Source: an uncultured Micavibrio sp.
Lineage (GTDB): Bacteria; Pseudomonadota; Alphaproteobacteria; Micavibrionales; Micavibrionaceae
Assembly (NCBI GenBank): GCA_964445195.1
Contig: CAYUKA010000004.1
Span: 37,134 to 101,133 of the forward strand
Length of the DNA: 64,000 nucleotides
Direction: 5' to 3'
Shown here: positions 47,122 through 55,860 of the stretch, piece after piece
Position numbering within the stretch: position 1 is the first letter of the stretch
How the letters are laid out: each line of letters starts with the position of its first letter
Position numbers and translations under genes: made by a program
The notes under the pieces: model-generated
Database searches by the model: none
What the model saw: only the letters and a program-made list of their open reading frames with translations
Told to the model about the DNA's origin: nothing

Positions 47122-48609
47122 CTACGGAGCGCTCTCTTCAAGGGGCCCGGCGCGTTGCGGAACATCAGGCGTTCCCGGAGAGCTCTGCACTTCAGCTATA
47201 CTGGCGTGATACCTTTCAATGCTCTCCGGCAAACCACCAAGCCCATCATCAAAAACACGGACTGAGACAACGCCATCCTGCTGCTCTGCCGGCCATGCCT
47301 CATCGATCATCAACGGCAAGTCTGACTGCATGACCAAATCGATATTGTTCTCAATCTCTGATAATTTAGCCGGACCCAGCTCAATACCATGATTACCCGC
47401 TATCCGCAGCAAGCTATATGTATTCATAACCACATGATCCGTCAGCGAAAGCGGATGAAATTCCATACCGCCGATTTCGGTATGCAAAGAAGGATCTTCC
47501 GAAAAAATCTCCATTATCCTGTCATTCGCTTCCGCGAAACCGGCATCTTCATAAGCACTCACGGGAACAAGGTATCTCTCCGCGCCTTTAATGTCATCGT
47601 AGGCCACGCCGCTTAAAACCGCGGTCACTATTTCCAAATTCTCTGCAATCTCGGGATGGGCCGCCGCCCTTTGGGCATAGTCCGCCGCCATTCCTGAAAC
47701 TTCCAGACTTTGATCAAGAGCCTTATTGCAAGCCTCTTCCAACATCTCACGGACCTCATCCTCAGAGACACCCCAGCCGGCATATACATCGCCATCAGTG
47801 CTAACGAAAGGCTCACCGTTTCTGAAGTCTTCGAACGTATGATCAATGTGTAAGGAGTTCAGGTATCCCCTGCCACCGGAAACGACATACAAACCAGAAG
47901 TCGCTTCAATCATACCCCCGGTTCTCATCGATCCCGCGAATGCGTGATTCATGACTGTTATATCCGCACTGCCGAGGCTGCTGAGATACGCACGCGCACT
48001 AATATACGTGTAGTCCTGCGGATTCTTCAATCCTGGCTCTTGTCCTTCAGGCGCAGACTCCAGAATTCTTTGTTCCACCATGGTTGCAATAACACCCATC
48101 ACAGCAGTCTGGCGCTCGCAATCCCATTCGACTTCAAGCGTGCCGTTTTCAATGTCCGTCGAAAGCGCATGCAAACTGTCATGCCTTGTGACGTCCGGAC
48201 TACCGAAAGGCTCTCCGTTGTCCCTCACAAAATAGGAGTGTCTGTAATTTTCACTGGATAGTGCAGGTATTTCATCAAGCCTGTTTTGAATTTCTCTGAA
48301 TAATGTTGCTTCATACTCGCGGGCCAGACGCAAATCCCAGTCCTGTTCGAGAAGTTCGTTTAATACCGTGCCTTCCATTTGCGCCTCAAGTGCGACCTCA
48401 TCGACAATATGACCAATTACCTGGTTCAGCGCATCATCGACTTGCGGATCATACGTTGTTTTCCAGATACCGCGCTGGATCGTCCCGCCGTCCGCAAGGT
48501 CTTTCAGGCTGAAGATCGCCATATCAGGCGTAGACGCAAGCTGATGGACCCTGTCATCAGGCCCGGTGCCCTGATCCGCTCTGCTATTAAAAGCCCCTTT
48601 TAAACTCAT
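47122..48609 (-). CDS. hypothetical protein (495 aa), no signal peptide
   Basis: Long ORF in a lower-GC stretch. No family motif recognised. Confidence 0.6.
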   Translation of the reverse strand: MSLKGAFNSRADQGTGPDDRVHQLASTPDMAIFSLKDLADGGTIQRGIWKTTYDPQVDDALNQVIGHIVDEVALEAQMEGTVLNELLEQDWDLRLAREYEATLFREIQNRLDEIPALSSENYRHSYFVRDNGEPFGSPDVTRHDSLHALSTDIENGTLEVEWDCERQTAVMGVIATMVEQRILESAPEGQEPGLKNPQDYTYISARAYLSSLGSADITVMNHAFAGSMRTGGMIEATSGLYVVSGGRGYLNSLHIDHTFEDFRNGEPFVSTDGDVYAGWGVSEDEVREMLEEACNKALDQSLEVSGMAADYAQRAAAHPEIAENLEIVTAVLSGVAYDDIKGAERYLVPVSAYEDAGFAEANDRIMEIFSEDPSLHTEIGGMEFHPLSLTDHVVMNTYSLLRIAGNHGIELGPAKLSEIENNIDLVMQSDLPLMIDEAWPAEQQDGVVSVRVFDDGLGGLPESIERYHASIAEVQSSPGTPDVPQRAGPLEESAP

Positions 48610-48780
48610 GATCTTGCAAGCCTATTGTTTATTGCAAAGATTATACAAAAAATTGATAAAATTATGTTTAATCTCTCGCCTTTAGGAACACTAGTCACGC
48701 CATAAAAAATTTTATTGAAAATGTATCCCTCATCGTATTACATATTCATAATTCAATAAGCAAAGACCGTGAGGAGCATA

Positions 48781-49077
48781 ATGAGCATACCGCAAACGTG
48801 GCAGGAAAAAAGACAGTGGCTTAAAGACAATTTCGGAGGGGTCGTTACAAAGTGGATTGATCCAGATTGTTATGTCACAAGGGCTGACGTTTCAACGTCG
48901 GATGGAATTATTTCAAGCCCTGTCATAGGACACGGCACAACCGGACCAGCCAGCATTGAGGAGTTATTTAAAACGCTCACTAGCCTCGAAGCAGGCACTC
49001 ACTTAATTGGACGCGGGGGCCAAAGATCTACTGTCGACCCTGAAACTTGCCAACTTAGAGACTTCCATCCTTTCTAG
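48781..49077 (+). CDS. hypothetical small protein (98 aa)
   Basis: ATG 48781 is preceded by a GAGGAG SD at 48771..48776. Confidence 0.4.
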   Translation: MSIPQTWQEKRQWLKDNFGGVVTKWIDPDCYVTRADVSTSDGIISSPVIGHGTTGPASIEELFKTLTSLEAGTHLIGRGGQRSTVDPETCQLRDFHPF

Positions 49078-49079
49078 GC

Positions 49080-49970
49080 TCAGAAGACAGGCGATTCCGC
49101 GCATAGATCATCGATGACCCGCCGCTTCCGAAGCGCCTCGGCACTGTCATAATCATCCAGAGGAACCAATGTAATCAGCGCTTTCCACAAAGCCCACCCG
49201 CGCGCCCGCGCCCATGTTTCATGATCGAGAGTGATATGCGCTTTAAATATCTCGCGGCTTTGCCCCGTCAGAAACGTCCAGGCCAGCACAAGGTCACAAG
49301 CCGGATCACCAACCCCCATACCGCCAAAATCAATAACCGCCGCCAGGCTACCGTCTTTGACGAGAATATTCCCGGCACTGAAATCGCCATGTATCCATGC
49401 CGGTTCGCCACGCCATTTGCTGCTGATGGCCGTTTCCCACACCGCCATGGCGCTATCGCCGTCGATAATGTCTTTAAGCGCAGCTATCGCGTCTGTTGTT
49501 TCGTCACTGTAAACAGACGGGCAAGCGCCCCGGTAAAAGTTATGAGACCCGGCCGCCGGGCCGCCGGGCAAATCAATCGTATGCAATTCGTTCAGAAAAC
49601 GCGCACTATCTGCAGCAAACCACTCCAGCGCAATGTTTTCCAGAGTATCTGCGTTTTTGCCCTCTAGCCATCGATAGACCGACCAATACCAAGGATAGTC
49701 ATTTGAGGGCTGGCCCATAGCCAAAGGTTCAGGAATCCGGACAGACAAACGCGGTGCCAGCCGGGGCAACCATTCCTGTTCTATACGCACTTTCCGGGCA
49801 TACCGTTCCGCGCTCGGCAGCCGGACAGACATCTCATCGCCAAGGTGGAACGTCCTGTTATCCCATCCGCTTAATTCAACCGGCCTGACCGGCAAATGGC
49901 TCCATTGCGGGAATTGCTCTGACACAAGCGCCCTGACAAGGGGTACATCAATTTTAATAGGCTCTGACAT
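49080..49970 (-). CDS. APH/choline-kinase-fold phosphotransferase family protein
   Basis: Catalytic loop WIHGDFSAGNILV and metal-binding VIDFGGMGVGDPACDL. The substrate cannot be inferred. Confidence 0.85.
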   Translation of the reverse strand: MSEPIKIDVPLVRALVSEQFPQWSHLPVRPVELSGWDNRTFHLGDEMSVRLPSAERYARKVRIEQEWLPRLAPRLSVRIPEPLAMGQPSNDYPWYWSVYRWLEGKNADTLENIALEWFAADSARFLNELHTIDLPGGPAAGSHNFYRGACPSVYSDETTDAIAALKDIIDGDSAMAVWETAISSKWRGEPAWIHGDFSAGNILVKDGSLAAVIDFGGMGVGDPACDLVLAWTFLTGQSREIFKAHITLDHETWARARGWALWKALITLVPLDDYDSAEALRKRRVIDDLCAESPVF

Positions 49971-50122
49971 CCTGCTGCAAAAACCCGTCTTTCCGTTGAA
50001 GCGATCCTGTAGACGCTAGCACTCAGAACGTTCCGGCACCACCATAACAATACACGCCTGCCACCTTTCCCCTTTTCAGGGTCCGGGTGGCAGACGGTTT
50101 CCCGGCCGGGCGCGCGCGGTCG

Positions 50123-51007
50123 TCAGGACGGCGCCATACCGGGTTGTACAGTCGCAGGCGCCGCTGGCGCAGGAGCCACGGGAGCGACGATTTCCTGAAC
50201 ATCCACATCGACATCACCCGGCGTTACCGCATCGCCAAGAGGATTGCCGTTCATATCGACACGCGTACAGGAAATATCAAGCAGTTCCGGGTAAATTTCG
50301 AAGTTCTGCATGGCTTTCTCGTAAACGGTACCGTAAATCGTGACATCGCACTGATTGTTTGAATCGGGCGACACCGTACCAACGAGCTTTTTCGGAATAT
50401 GCAGTGACCCGTCATTGAACAGGCTGTAGAGATGCCGTGCAAAACTCTTCTCAACATTGTAATACACGGCATCCTCCGTACCGCAATCGCCAAGCGTATC
50501 GCACCCTTTCACTGAGTAGGTGTTGTCACCGTGCGAAACGACTGTGTGCAGGTAAACGGTATCATCCCGAATAGTCGACGCCATGATCCCTCCTTCAACC
50601 GCAAGATTGAACGTAGGGACGACAGCCATCGCCGCCGCCGCGGTAAATGCCAGAACCAGCCCTGCTTTACGGGGCGCAAAGCGCCGTTCACCATCATCGC
50701 CATCCTTATAGGCGAAACGGCTCCAGACCTTGTCCATATACTGGCGATAACCCCAGGCGAAAGGCGGACTGACGGCGTTCCAGACCGGCCGGCCCACCGT
50801 ATCCCACGCCTGTTTCGCCACCGATACGGCGTTGTAGGTAAAATTACCTAACCAGCGCAACCCCTGCAAAGTCTGTTTTAAGCCCTGGACAGCGTTATCG
50901 TTCGGGTTGTCCAGTGCGGTTTCGGCCCGTTCAGACCCCTGATCGGCCTCCCTGTCCAGCTTCGCCAGTCTCTTCAGTAGCAGGTCTTCTTTTCCCTGTT
51001 TAGCCAT
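50123..51007 (-). CDS. single-pass membrane protein with a Cys-containing extracytoplasmic domain and Pro/Ala tail; last gene of the ClpB-like cluster
   Basis: GGGAGG SD 11 nt after the ATPase stop. One TM helix (AGLVLAFTAAAAMAVVPTF). Four Cys residues lie in the C-terminal domain. Confidence 0.6.
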   Translation of the reverse strand: MAKQGKEDLLLKRLAKLDREADQGSERAETALDNPNDNAVQGLKQTLQGLRWLGNFTYNAVSVAKQAWDTVGRPVWNAVSPPFAWGYRQYMDKVWSRFAYKDGDDGERRFAPRKAGLVLAFTAAAAMAVVPTFNLAVEGGIMASTIRDDTVYLHTVVSHGDNTYSVKGCDTLGDCGTEDAVYYNVEKSFARHLYSLFNDGSLHIPKKLVGTVSPDSNNQCDVTIYGTVYEKAMQNFEIYPELLDISCTRVDMNGNPLGDAVTPGDVDVDVQEIVAPVAPAPAAPATVQPGMAPS

Positions 51008-51018
51008 TTTGTCCTCCC

Positions 51019-53364
51019 TTAGCTTGGCATGAATTGTCTGTTTGCAACGTCCCGGGCAGAGTCAGCGCCCGGCGCGTGCCCAGCATCGGCTTTGGCCGCC
51101 GGATGAACCGTGACCTGACCTTTGCTTTCGTCATAGTCGATCTTGATCGTGCCTTCGGCGCTGTCATCGAACAGCAGCGTTCTGGCAATCGCGGGTTTGA
51201 TCGTGCTCTTGATATGGCCGACGATCCCCCGTGCACCCTGTACCGGGTCGTAGTGGTCGCGGCACATCGCAGCGATATCGCTATCGTCGATCGTCACCTC
51301 AAGACCGGGACGGCTGGCTTCAACCATCCGATTCAGCTTGTTGATATCGCGGGCGGCAATTTTCTCAATCACCGGCAGTCCCAGCTTGTCAAAGCACACG
51401 ATATTGCGCCGGCCGTTAAAACGGTTCAGCAACTCCGGCGGCAGTTCCTTGTCGAGGTCATCAAGAGCCTGTTCCTTGGCGAGATCAAAGTCACTTTCAT
51501 TAAGGAAATGCTCCTTACCAACGTTAGAGGTCATGATGATGATCGAGTCGCTGAACGATACGGTCAGGCCCCGGTTATCGGTCAGGCGCCCGTCATCCAG
51601 AACCTGCAGCAGGATCAGGAAGATATCCGGATGTGCCTTTTCGATTTCATCGAACAGGATAATCCGGCGCGGATTTCGCCGCATTTCATTGGTCAGGATA
51701 CCGCCGGCCTCGTAACCCTCGTAGCCCGGAGGCGCCCCGATCAGCTTCGCCAGCGCGTGCTTCTCCTGATATTCCGACATATCGAAACGCAGCAAAGCTT
51801 TCTCATCATCCAGAAGTTCGGACGCCAGCGCCTTGGCCAGTTCGGTCTTACCAACACCTGACGGGCCCAGATACAGGAACGCGCTCTGCGGTTTATCAGG
51901 ATCCTGAAGACCGGCCTTGGCGATCAACACCTCATCGGCCAGCTTCGCCACGGCTTCATCCTGGCCCCAGACCCGGTTGCCGAGATTGGCTTCCAGATTC
52001 TGCAGCTTCGCCTTCTCGTTCTGGGTCAGCTTGCTAACCGGAACGCCCGATATCGCGCTGAACTCGCCGAGCACGTGCTCTTTGGAAAGCTCCAGACCGT
52101 CATTAATTTCGGCTGTCAGACCTTCGAACTTTGCTTTGGTTTCCCCGGCAATGCCCTGGTAAGTCCGTATTTTGTCGCGGATCGCATTGACCTCATCCGA
52201 ACCGAAATTGCCCTGCTGCATGGCGCTGGACATCCGGCTCAGGAACGCCTGTCTTTCACTCGCTGTCGCCGGCACAACATCATCATCGTCATTGCCTGCC
52301 GCTTCGGCGGCTTTACGCTGTTCCTCTTCAGCAGCAAGCTGGGCCTGCAACTCGTCTTCAAGATCACGGATCATTTCCTCTGCCTTGCGCAGGTCTTTAT
52401 AGATGCCCTTGATCTCTTTCTGGCGCGTAGCCCATTCCGTCTCGATCCCGTCAATATCCTGCGCGAGCGACTCCCTGAGAGCCTCCAGCTCAGAGCGTGA
52501 TTTCCCGCCCTGCTCCTCGGAGTAATCCGGATCTTCAAGCGCCGTTGTCACTGAAGCCAGGCGCTGATCCAGTTCATCCAGACGCGGGTCACGGCCATGA
52601 GCCGCCATCCGGTACGAAGTCAGCGCCCGGTCAAGCAGCGTCAGTGACCGCTCCGGCTGTGCCCGACTCAGGCCCAGATCGCGGACCCGGTACTTGTTCG
52701 TCAGCTCAAGCGCCGCGGACACTGCTTCATCTGAAATGGCAATGTGATGGTGACTTTGCAGCCGCTTGGCCGCGGTCTTCACGATCTCTTCAAGGGACTC
52801 CGCATCCGGCTCCTGAATATCGAGCAGCGTGTAGTTCTCTTTCATATCTGAGTGACATTTCAGAACCAGCTCCAGATCTTCGTCCCGCGTTTCAAACACG
52901 GCCTGGAATTTCTTCTGCTTGATTTCCCGCATCAGGCTGTTGATCAGGTTACTGCAGCCGTTATTGCGGGCGCCCTCGATAAAGTCGCGCATATCATCAA
53001 TAATCAGGACCGTGTCCGGGTAGCGCGACAGAGTCTTTAGCATCCGCTGAAAACCCTTATTGATTTCCGAAGGATCACCGGAGGCAAACAGCCCGTCCGT
53101 ATCAAGGAAATAGAAGCGCTTGCTGACCAGGTCGTAAGGCGCATCAGGCTGATCCTTGCTGGCCTGCAGACCCATGCAGATCGCGGAACAGCCAACCCCG
53201 CCGGCCCCGACCAGCAGCACACTGTTGGCCCGCTTTCTCATCAAAACCTTGGTCAGCCTGTCGAGGTCTTTTTCCCGCCCGACCAGCTCGAACTCGGGCA
53301 TTTTGTCCAGGTAATCCCGGCCTCTGACCAGGTAATCCTGTGTATTTGCAATTGCGTCAGTCAT
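51019..53364 (-). CDS. ClpB-derived Hsp100/AAA+ protein lacking the N-domain, with a degenerate NBD1 and an intact NBD2
   Basis: NBD2 motifs are intact ([56 protein letters not shown]). NBD1 reads GAGGVGCSAI and VLIIDDMRDF. A coiled-coil middle region is present. Confidence 0.9.
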   Translation of the reverse strand: MTDAIANTQDYLVRGRDYLDKMPEFELVGREKDLDRLTKVLMRKRANSVLLVGAGGVGCSAICMGLQASKDQPDAPYDLVSKRFYFLDTDGLFASGDPSEINKGFQRMLKTLSRYPDTVLIIDDMRDFIEGARNNGCSNLINSLMREIKQKKFQAVFETRDEDLELVLKCHSDMKENYTLLDIQEPDAESLEEIVKTAAKRLQSHHHIAISDEAVSAALELTNKYRVRDLGLSRAQPERSLTLLDRALTSYRMAAHGRDPRLDELDQRLASVTTALEDPDYSEEQGGKSRSELEALRESLAQDIDGIETEWATRQKEIKGIYKDLRKAEEMIRDLEDELQAQLAAEEEQRKAAEAAGNDDDDVVPATASERQAFLSRMSSAMQQGNFGSDEVNAIRDKIRTYQGIAGETKAKFEGLTAEINDGLELSKEHVLGEFSAISGVPVSKLTQNEKAKLQNLEANLGNRVWGQDEAVAKLADEVLIAKAGLQDPDKPQSAFLYLGPSGVGKTELAKALASELLDDEKALLRFDMSEYQEKHALAKLIGAPPGYEGYEAGGILTNEMRRNPRRIILFDEIEKAHPDIFLILLQVLDDGRLTDNRGLTVSFSDSIIIMTSNVGKEHFLNESDFDLAKEQALDDLDKELPPELLNRFNGRRNIVCFDKLGLPVIEKIAARDINKLNRMVEASRPGLEVTIDDSDIAAMCRDHYDPVQGARGIVGHIKSTIKPAIARTLLFDDSAEGTIKIDYDESKGQVTVHPAAKADAGHAPGADSARDVANRQFMPS

Positions 53365-53445
53365 TTTAGGTACCTCCCCTAATGGCGGGCTGTCGCCTGC
53401 CGTTAAAATTCCTGTAAGTGTTTTGTGTTAACGTTTTGCGGCGCC

Positions 53446-53473
53446 GGGGGAGGCGGTTTACAGCCCCTCCCCC
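53446..53473 (-). other. GC-rich intercistronic hairpin between the coiled-coil gene and the ATPase gene
   Basis: GGGGGAGG (53446..53453) pairs with CCTCCCCC (53466..53473), with a 12-nt loop and no clear U-tract. Confidence 0.45.
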
Positions 53474-53486
53474 TTTGCCTGTCGGT

Positions 53487-55196
53487 TTAAAGGTTCAGGC
53501 CGGCGAACTTGGCAGCGGCACCAGCCGTACCTCCCGCATTGTCCTGTTCCTTCGCCGGTTTCCCGCGGCTATCGCCCGCACCATCATGCATGACATCAGC
53601 CGTCGCGCCCTTCAGCTCCTTGATCGACTGTTCAAGATCACGGGCGGTCTGCTCCATCTGGCCTTGCAGGACCTTGTTCTCCTCGATCGCAGCACGCGTG
53701 ATCTCGGTCGCCTGGTCGCTGATGTCCTTGAAGCCGGCCAGCTTTTCGATCGCCTGTGCGAACTCGTCGTTCTGGATGTGCAGATTAGTGGCGTTCTTGA
53801 TCGCTTCGCTCTGCGCAATCTCCTGCGTGATCCGGTTCATACCCTTAAGCGTGTTCTGGGTCGTGGTCCGGGCCTCGTTCAGGGCGGCAGACGATACCGC
53901 GGTCAGAACGGTGCTCAGGCGGCTTGCAACACCGGCAGTACCGCTGGAGTGCATCTTGCGCGTGCTGTTGATCTGCTGCCTGTTGGTTTCCCGCATGGAA
54001 CGGATGTTCAGGGCTTCTTCCTGAAGCTCGCCCAGCGTGCCGAGCGTGTCGACTTTCGACGAAGTCAGGCTCTCAACGTGCTCGTCAACGGCAACGCCCT
54101 TCTCTTCGCGGTCAAGACGATCAAGCGTGCTCTCGTCCTCGGCCTCGACCTTGAACTTTTCAGAGAGCGTACGGTTGACATTCTCGGCATCTTTAATGCC
54201 GTCGGAAATCACGGCGAAGATCTTGCTCATCTGGCCGTTTACACTGCCGACATTGCCGATCTGGCCCCTGATCCCTTCCATATGTGTCAGAACGGATGCC
54301 GTCCGGTCGTCCATCGTATTGACGAAATTCAGCGCGGCCGAAACGAGTTGCTCCTGCCTTTCCTTATGCTCTTCCGAAGTCAGGTCCAGCAGCTCACGCA
54401 GCTTGTCCTTTTCGGCGGCAAATTCGGCGTACTTACTCTCCCGTTCTACAACCGTGCTTGTGATTTCGGTCTGCAAATCCCGGATGTCGCCGCGGATCCC
54501 GCGGATTTCTTCTTCTTTACGGGCGATGTCCTGCAGGGCGCTCTTTGTAATCCCGCCCATGCCGAACCACCCCTTCTCCTCACGCAGGGCAGCGATATCA
54601 CCATTCAGGCGGCGAATATCCCGCTGATAGCCGTCAATCTTGCCTTCCTGCTCTTCACGCAGCTTGGCAATACGCTCTTCTTCAGCCTTATCCTCCTGGA
54701 TTTCCTTGAAGATATCGTACATCGCACCGTCACTGGCCATGTTCAGCTTGTTCACGGCCTCGATAATTTCGACCAGCGGCGTAATCATGCTCTCGAAATC
54801 AAGAAGCGACTGGTTCATATCCTCGAAGACCTTCTGCAGCTCACCGAATGTTTCGGTATCGGACAGGCGGATGATCTCCTTGGACATTTCCTTACGGTAT
54901 GCCATCAGGAACTCTTTGAACTGCTCGAACGATGCCAGCTTGGCCGCATTCTCTTCCTTGGACAGCGTCTCGTCATAAGCCAGCGCCTGTGCGACCGCCT
55001 TCTGTTTTTCTTCGGGCGCCGCATCAGATTGCATGACAATCTGGTGGAAGGGATTTGCCTCGATATCGGCAAACTTCTCGGTTAGCGGCGTCTCCTTCGC
55101 CTCCTCTTGTGCGGTTGCACGTGTTTTGCTTTTGCGGCCGTACTTCTCGACCGCCTCTTCGGCATAAGTTTTTGCTACTTTTGCACTTGTAGACAT
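53487..55196 (-). CDS. 569-aa predicted coiled-coil protein of unknown function
   Basis: AGGAGG SD. E/K/Q/L/A-rich heptad-like sequence runs along the whole length. No TM segment or signal peptide. Confidence 0.7.
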   Translation of the reverse strand: MSTSAKVAKTYAEEAVEKYGRKSKTRATAQEEAKETPLTEKFADIEANPFHQIVMQSDAAPEEKQKAVAQALAYDETLSKEENAAKLASFEQFKEFLMAYRKEMSKEIIRLSDTETFGELQKVFEDMNQSLLDFESMITPLVEIIEAVNKLNMASDGAMYDIFKEIQEDKAEEERIAKLREEQEGKIDGYQRDIRRLNGDIAALREEKGWFGMGGITKSALQDIARKEEEIRGIRGDIRDLQTEITSTVVERESKYAEFAAEKDKLRELLDLTSEEHKERQEQLVSAALNFVNTMDDRTASVLTHMEGIRGQIGNVGSVNGQMSKIFAVISDGIKDAENVNRTLSEKFKVEAEDESTLDRLDREEKGVAVDEHVESLTSSKVDTLGTLGELQEEALNIRSMRETNRQQINSTRKMHSSGTAGVASRLSTVLTAVSSAALNEARTTTQNTLKGMNRITQEIAQSEAIKNATNLHIQNDEFAQAIEKLAGFKDISDQATEITRAAIEENKVLQGQMEQTARDLEQSIKELKGATADVMHDGAGDSRGKPAKEQDNAGGTAGAAAKFAGLNL

Positions 55197-55239
55197 GAAA
55201 GCCTCCTCTTTGCTTTTTTCAAGTAATAAAAATCTTTTA

Positions 55240-55258
55240 CTGATAAAAACTTTATCAG
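55240..55258. promoter_or_regulatory. perfect 8-3-8 palindrome CTGATAAA-AAC-TTTATCAG, candidate operator
   Basis: Exact inverted repeat about 45 nt upstream of the 569-aa gene start. Confidence 0.4.
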
Positions 55259-55370
55259 CACTTAAATTTTACTTTAGTTTAGATACAACTCTCCCGCCCC
55301 CGGCTTGCGCCGCGGCTTCAGGCAGGATCACGCCTGCACATTGTCTATGGCGGGAAAAACACGATCAGCT

Positions 55371-55400
55371 TTACGAGCTGTCGAAGATAAATACGATCAT
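55371..55400 (-). other. 9-codon mini-ORF (MIVFIFDSS) with a strong SD in the long spacer
   Basis: The minus strand reads GGGAGGttacttATGATCGTATTTATCTTCGACAGCTCGTAA. Confidence 0.2.
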
Positions 55401-55768
55401 AAGTAACCTCCCTGTTTCATTTTTATTAGACACAAAACATCCCTTGCCACCGGCACAAGCACCGGAGATCAAAAGAAACCTTTTCAAAGCTGATGGAGAA
55501 AAACCTGAGATAACAAGCTGTTAAAGCGCAGGATTAAACCCCCGTGCGGCGCAAGGCCGACGCGTTAGCTTGTTCGTCGTTTATCTTGAGATTGTATAGC
55601 AGCCGCCGCAGGCGAGCCTGGTATGTAACGAAGCATCAAATCTCTCCCTTTTAAGTCCTTCACAAATGCGAAAGCACCGGTTTCCCTACGCCTTCACACC
55701 TATAAAAACCGAAAGGAATGGGGTTTACTGCAATCTGCGTCCCGCTTCATTTTCGTATTTATACTTAT

Positions 55769-55797
55769 TTTTTATTTGTTTTTTTACTTAGTGTCAA
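55769..55797 (-). promoter_or_regulatory. candidate sigma70-type promoter at the upstream end of the spacer
   Basis: On the minus strand: TTGACA (55797..55792), a 17-nt spacer, then TAAAAA (55774..55769), within an AT-rich tract. Confidence 0.3.
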
Positions 55798-55860
55798 CAA
55801 AATAAATTCGAAAGTGGTTTTTTCGAGACAGACTGTGACGAAAGATGTGATGAAAACGGC

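Noticed and set aside
49080-49970. Calling the APH-fold kinase an aminoglycoside-resistance gene
   Set aside because: Only the generic kinase catalytic loop and metal-binding motifs are visible. This fold also covers choline, homoserine, macrolide and other small-molecule kinases. Without a database comparison a resistance call is unsupported.
51019-53364. Interpreting the ClpB-like ATPase as T6SS ClpV/TssH
   Set aside because: No other T6SS genes (tssB/C, hcp, vgrG, tssM etc.) are in the window. The protein lacks the ClpV N-domain and retains a ClpB-like middle coiled coil.
53418-55085. 555-aa ORF on the plus strand, the longest unexplained ORF in the track
   Set aside because: It lies entirely antisense to the 569-aa coiled-coil gene. 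Its product is Leu/Arg/Gly-rich low-complexity sequence with no SD. The minus-strand gene has an AGGAGG SD and coherent coiled-coil sequence. This is a typical shadow ORF of a GC-rich, GAR/AAG-codon-rich gene.
53487-55196. Assigning the 569-aa coiled-coil protein to the TelA (toxic anion resistance) family because a TerD protein is nearby
   Set aside because: I could not align any TelA-specific block from memory. The resemblance is only in general coiled-coil composition. The TerD gene is 7 kb away on the other strand.
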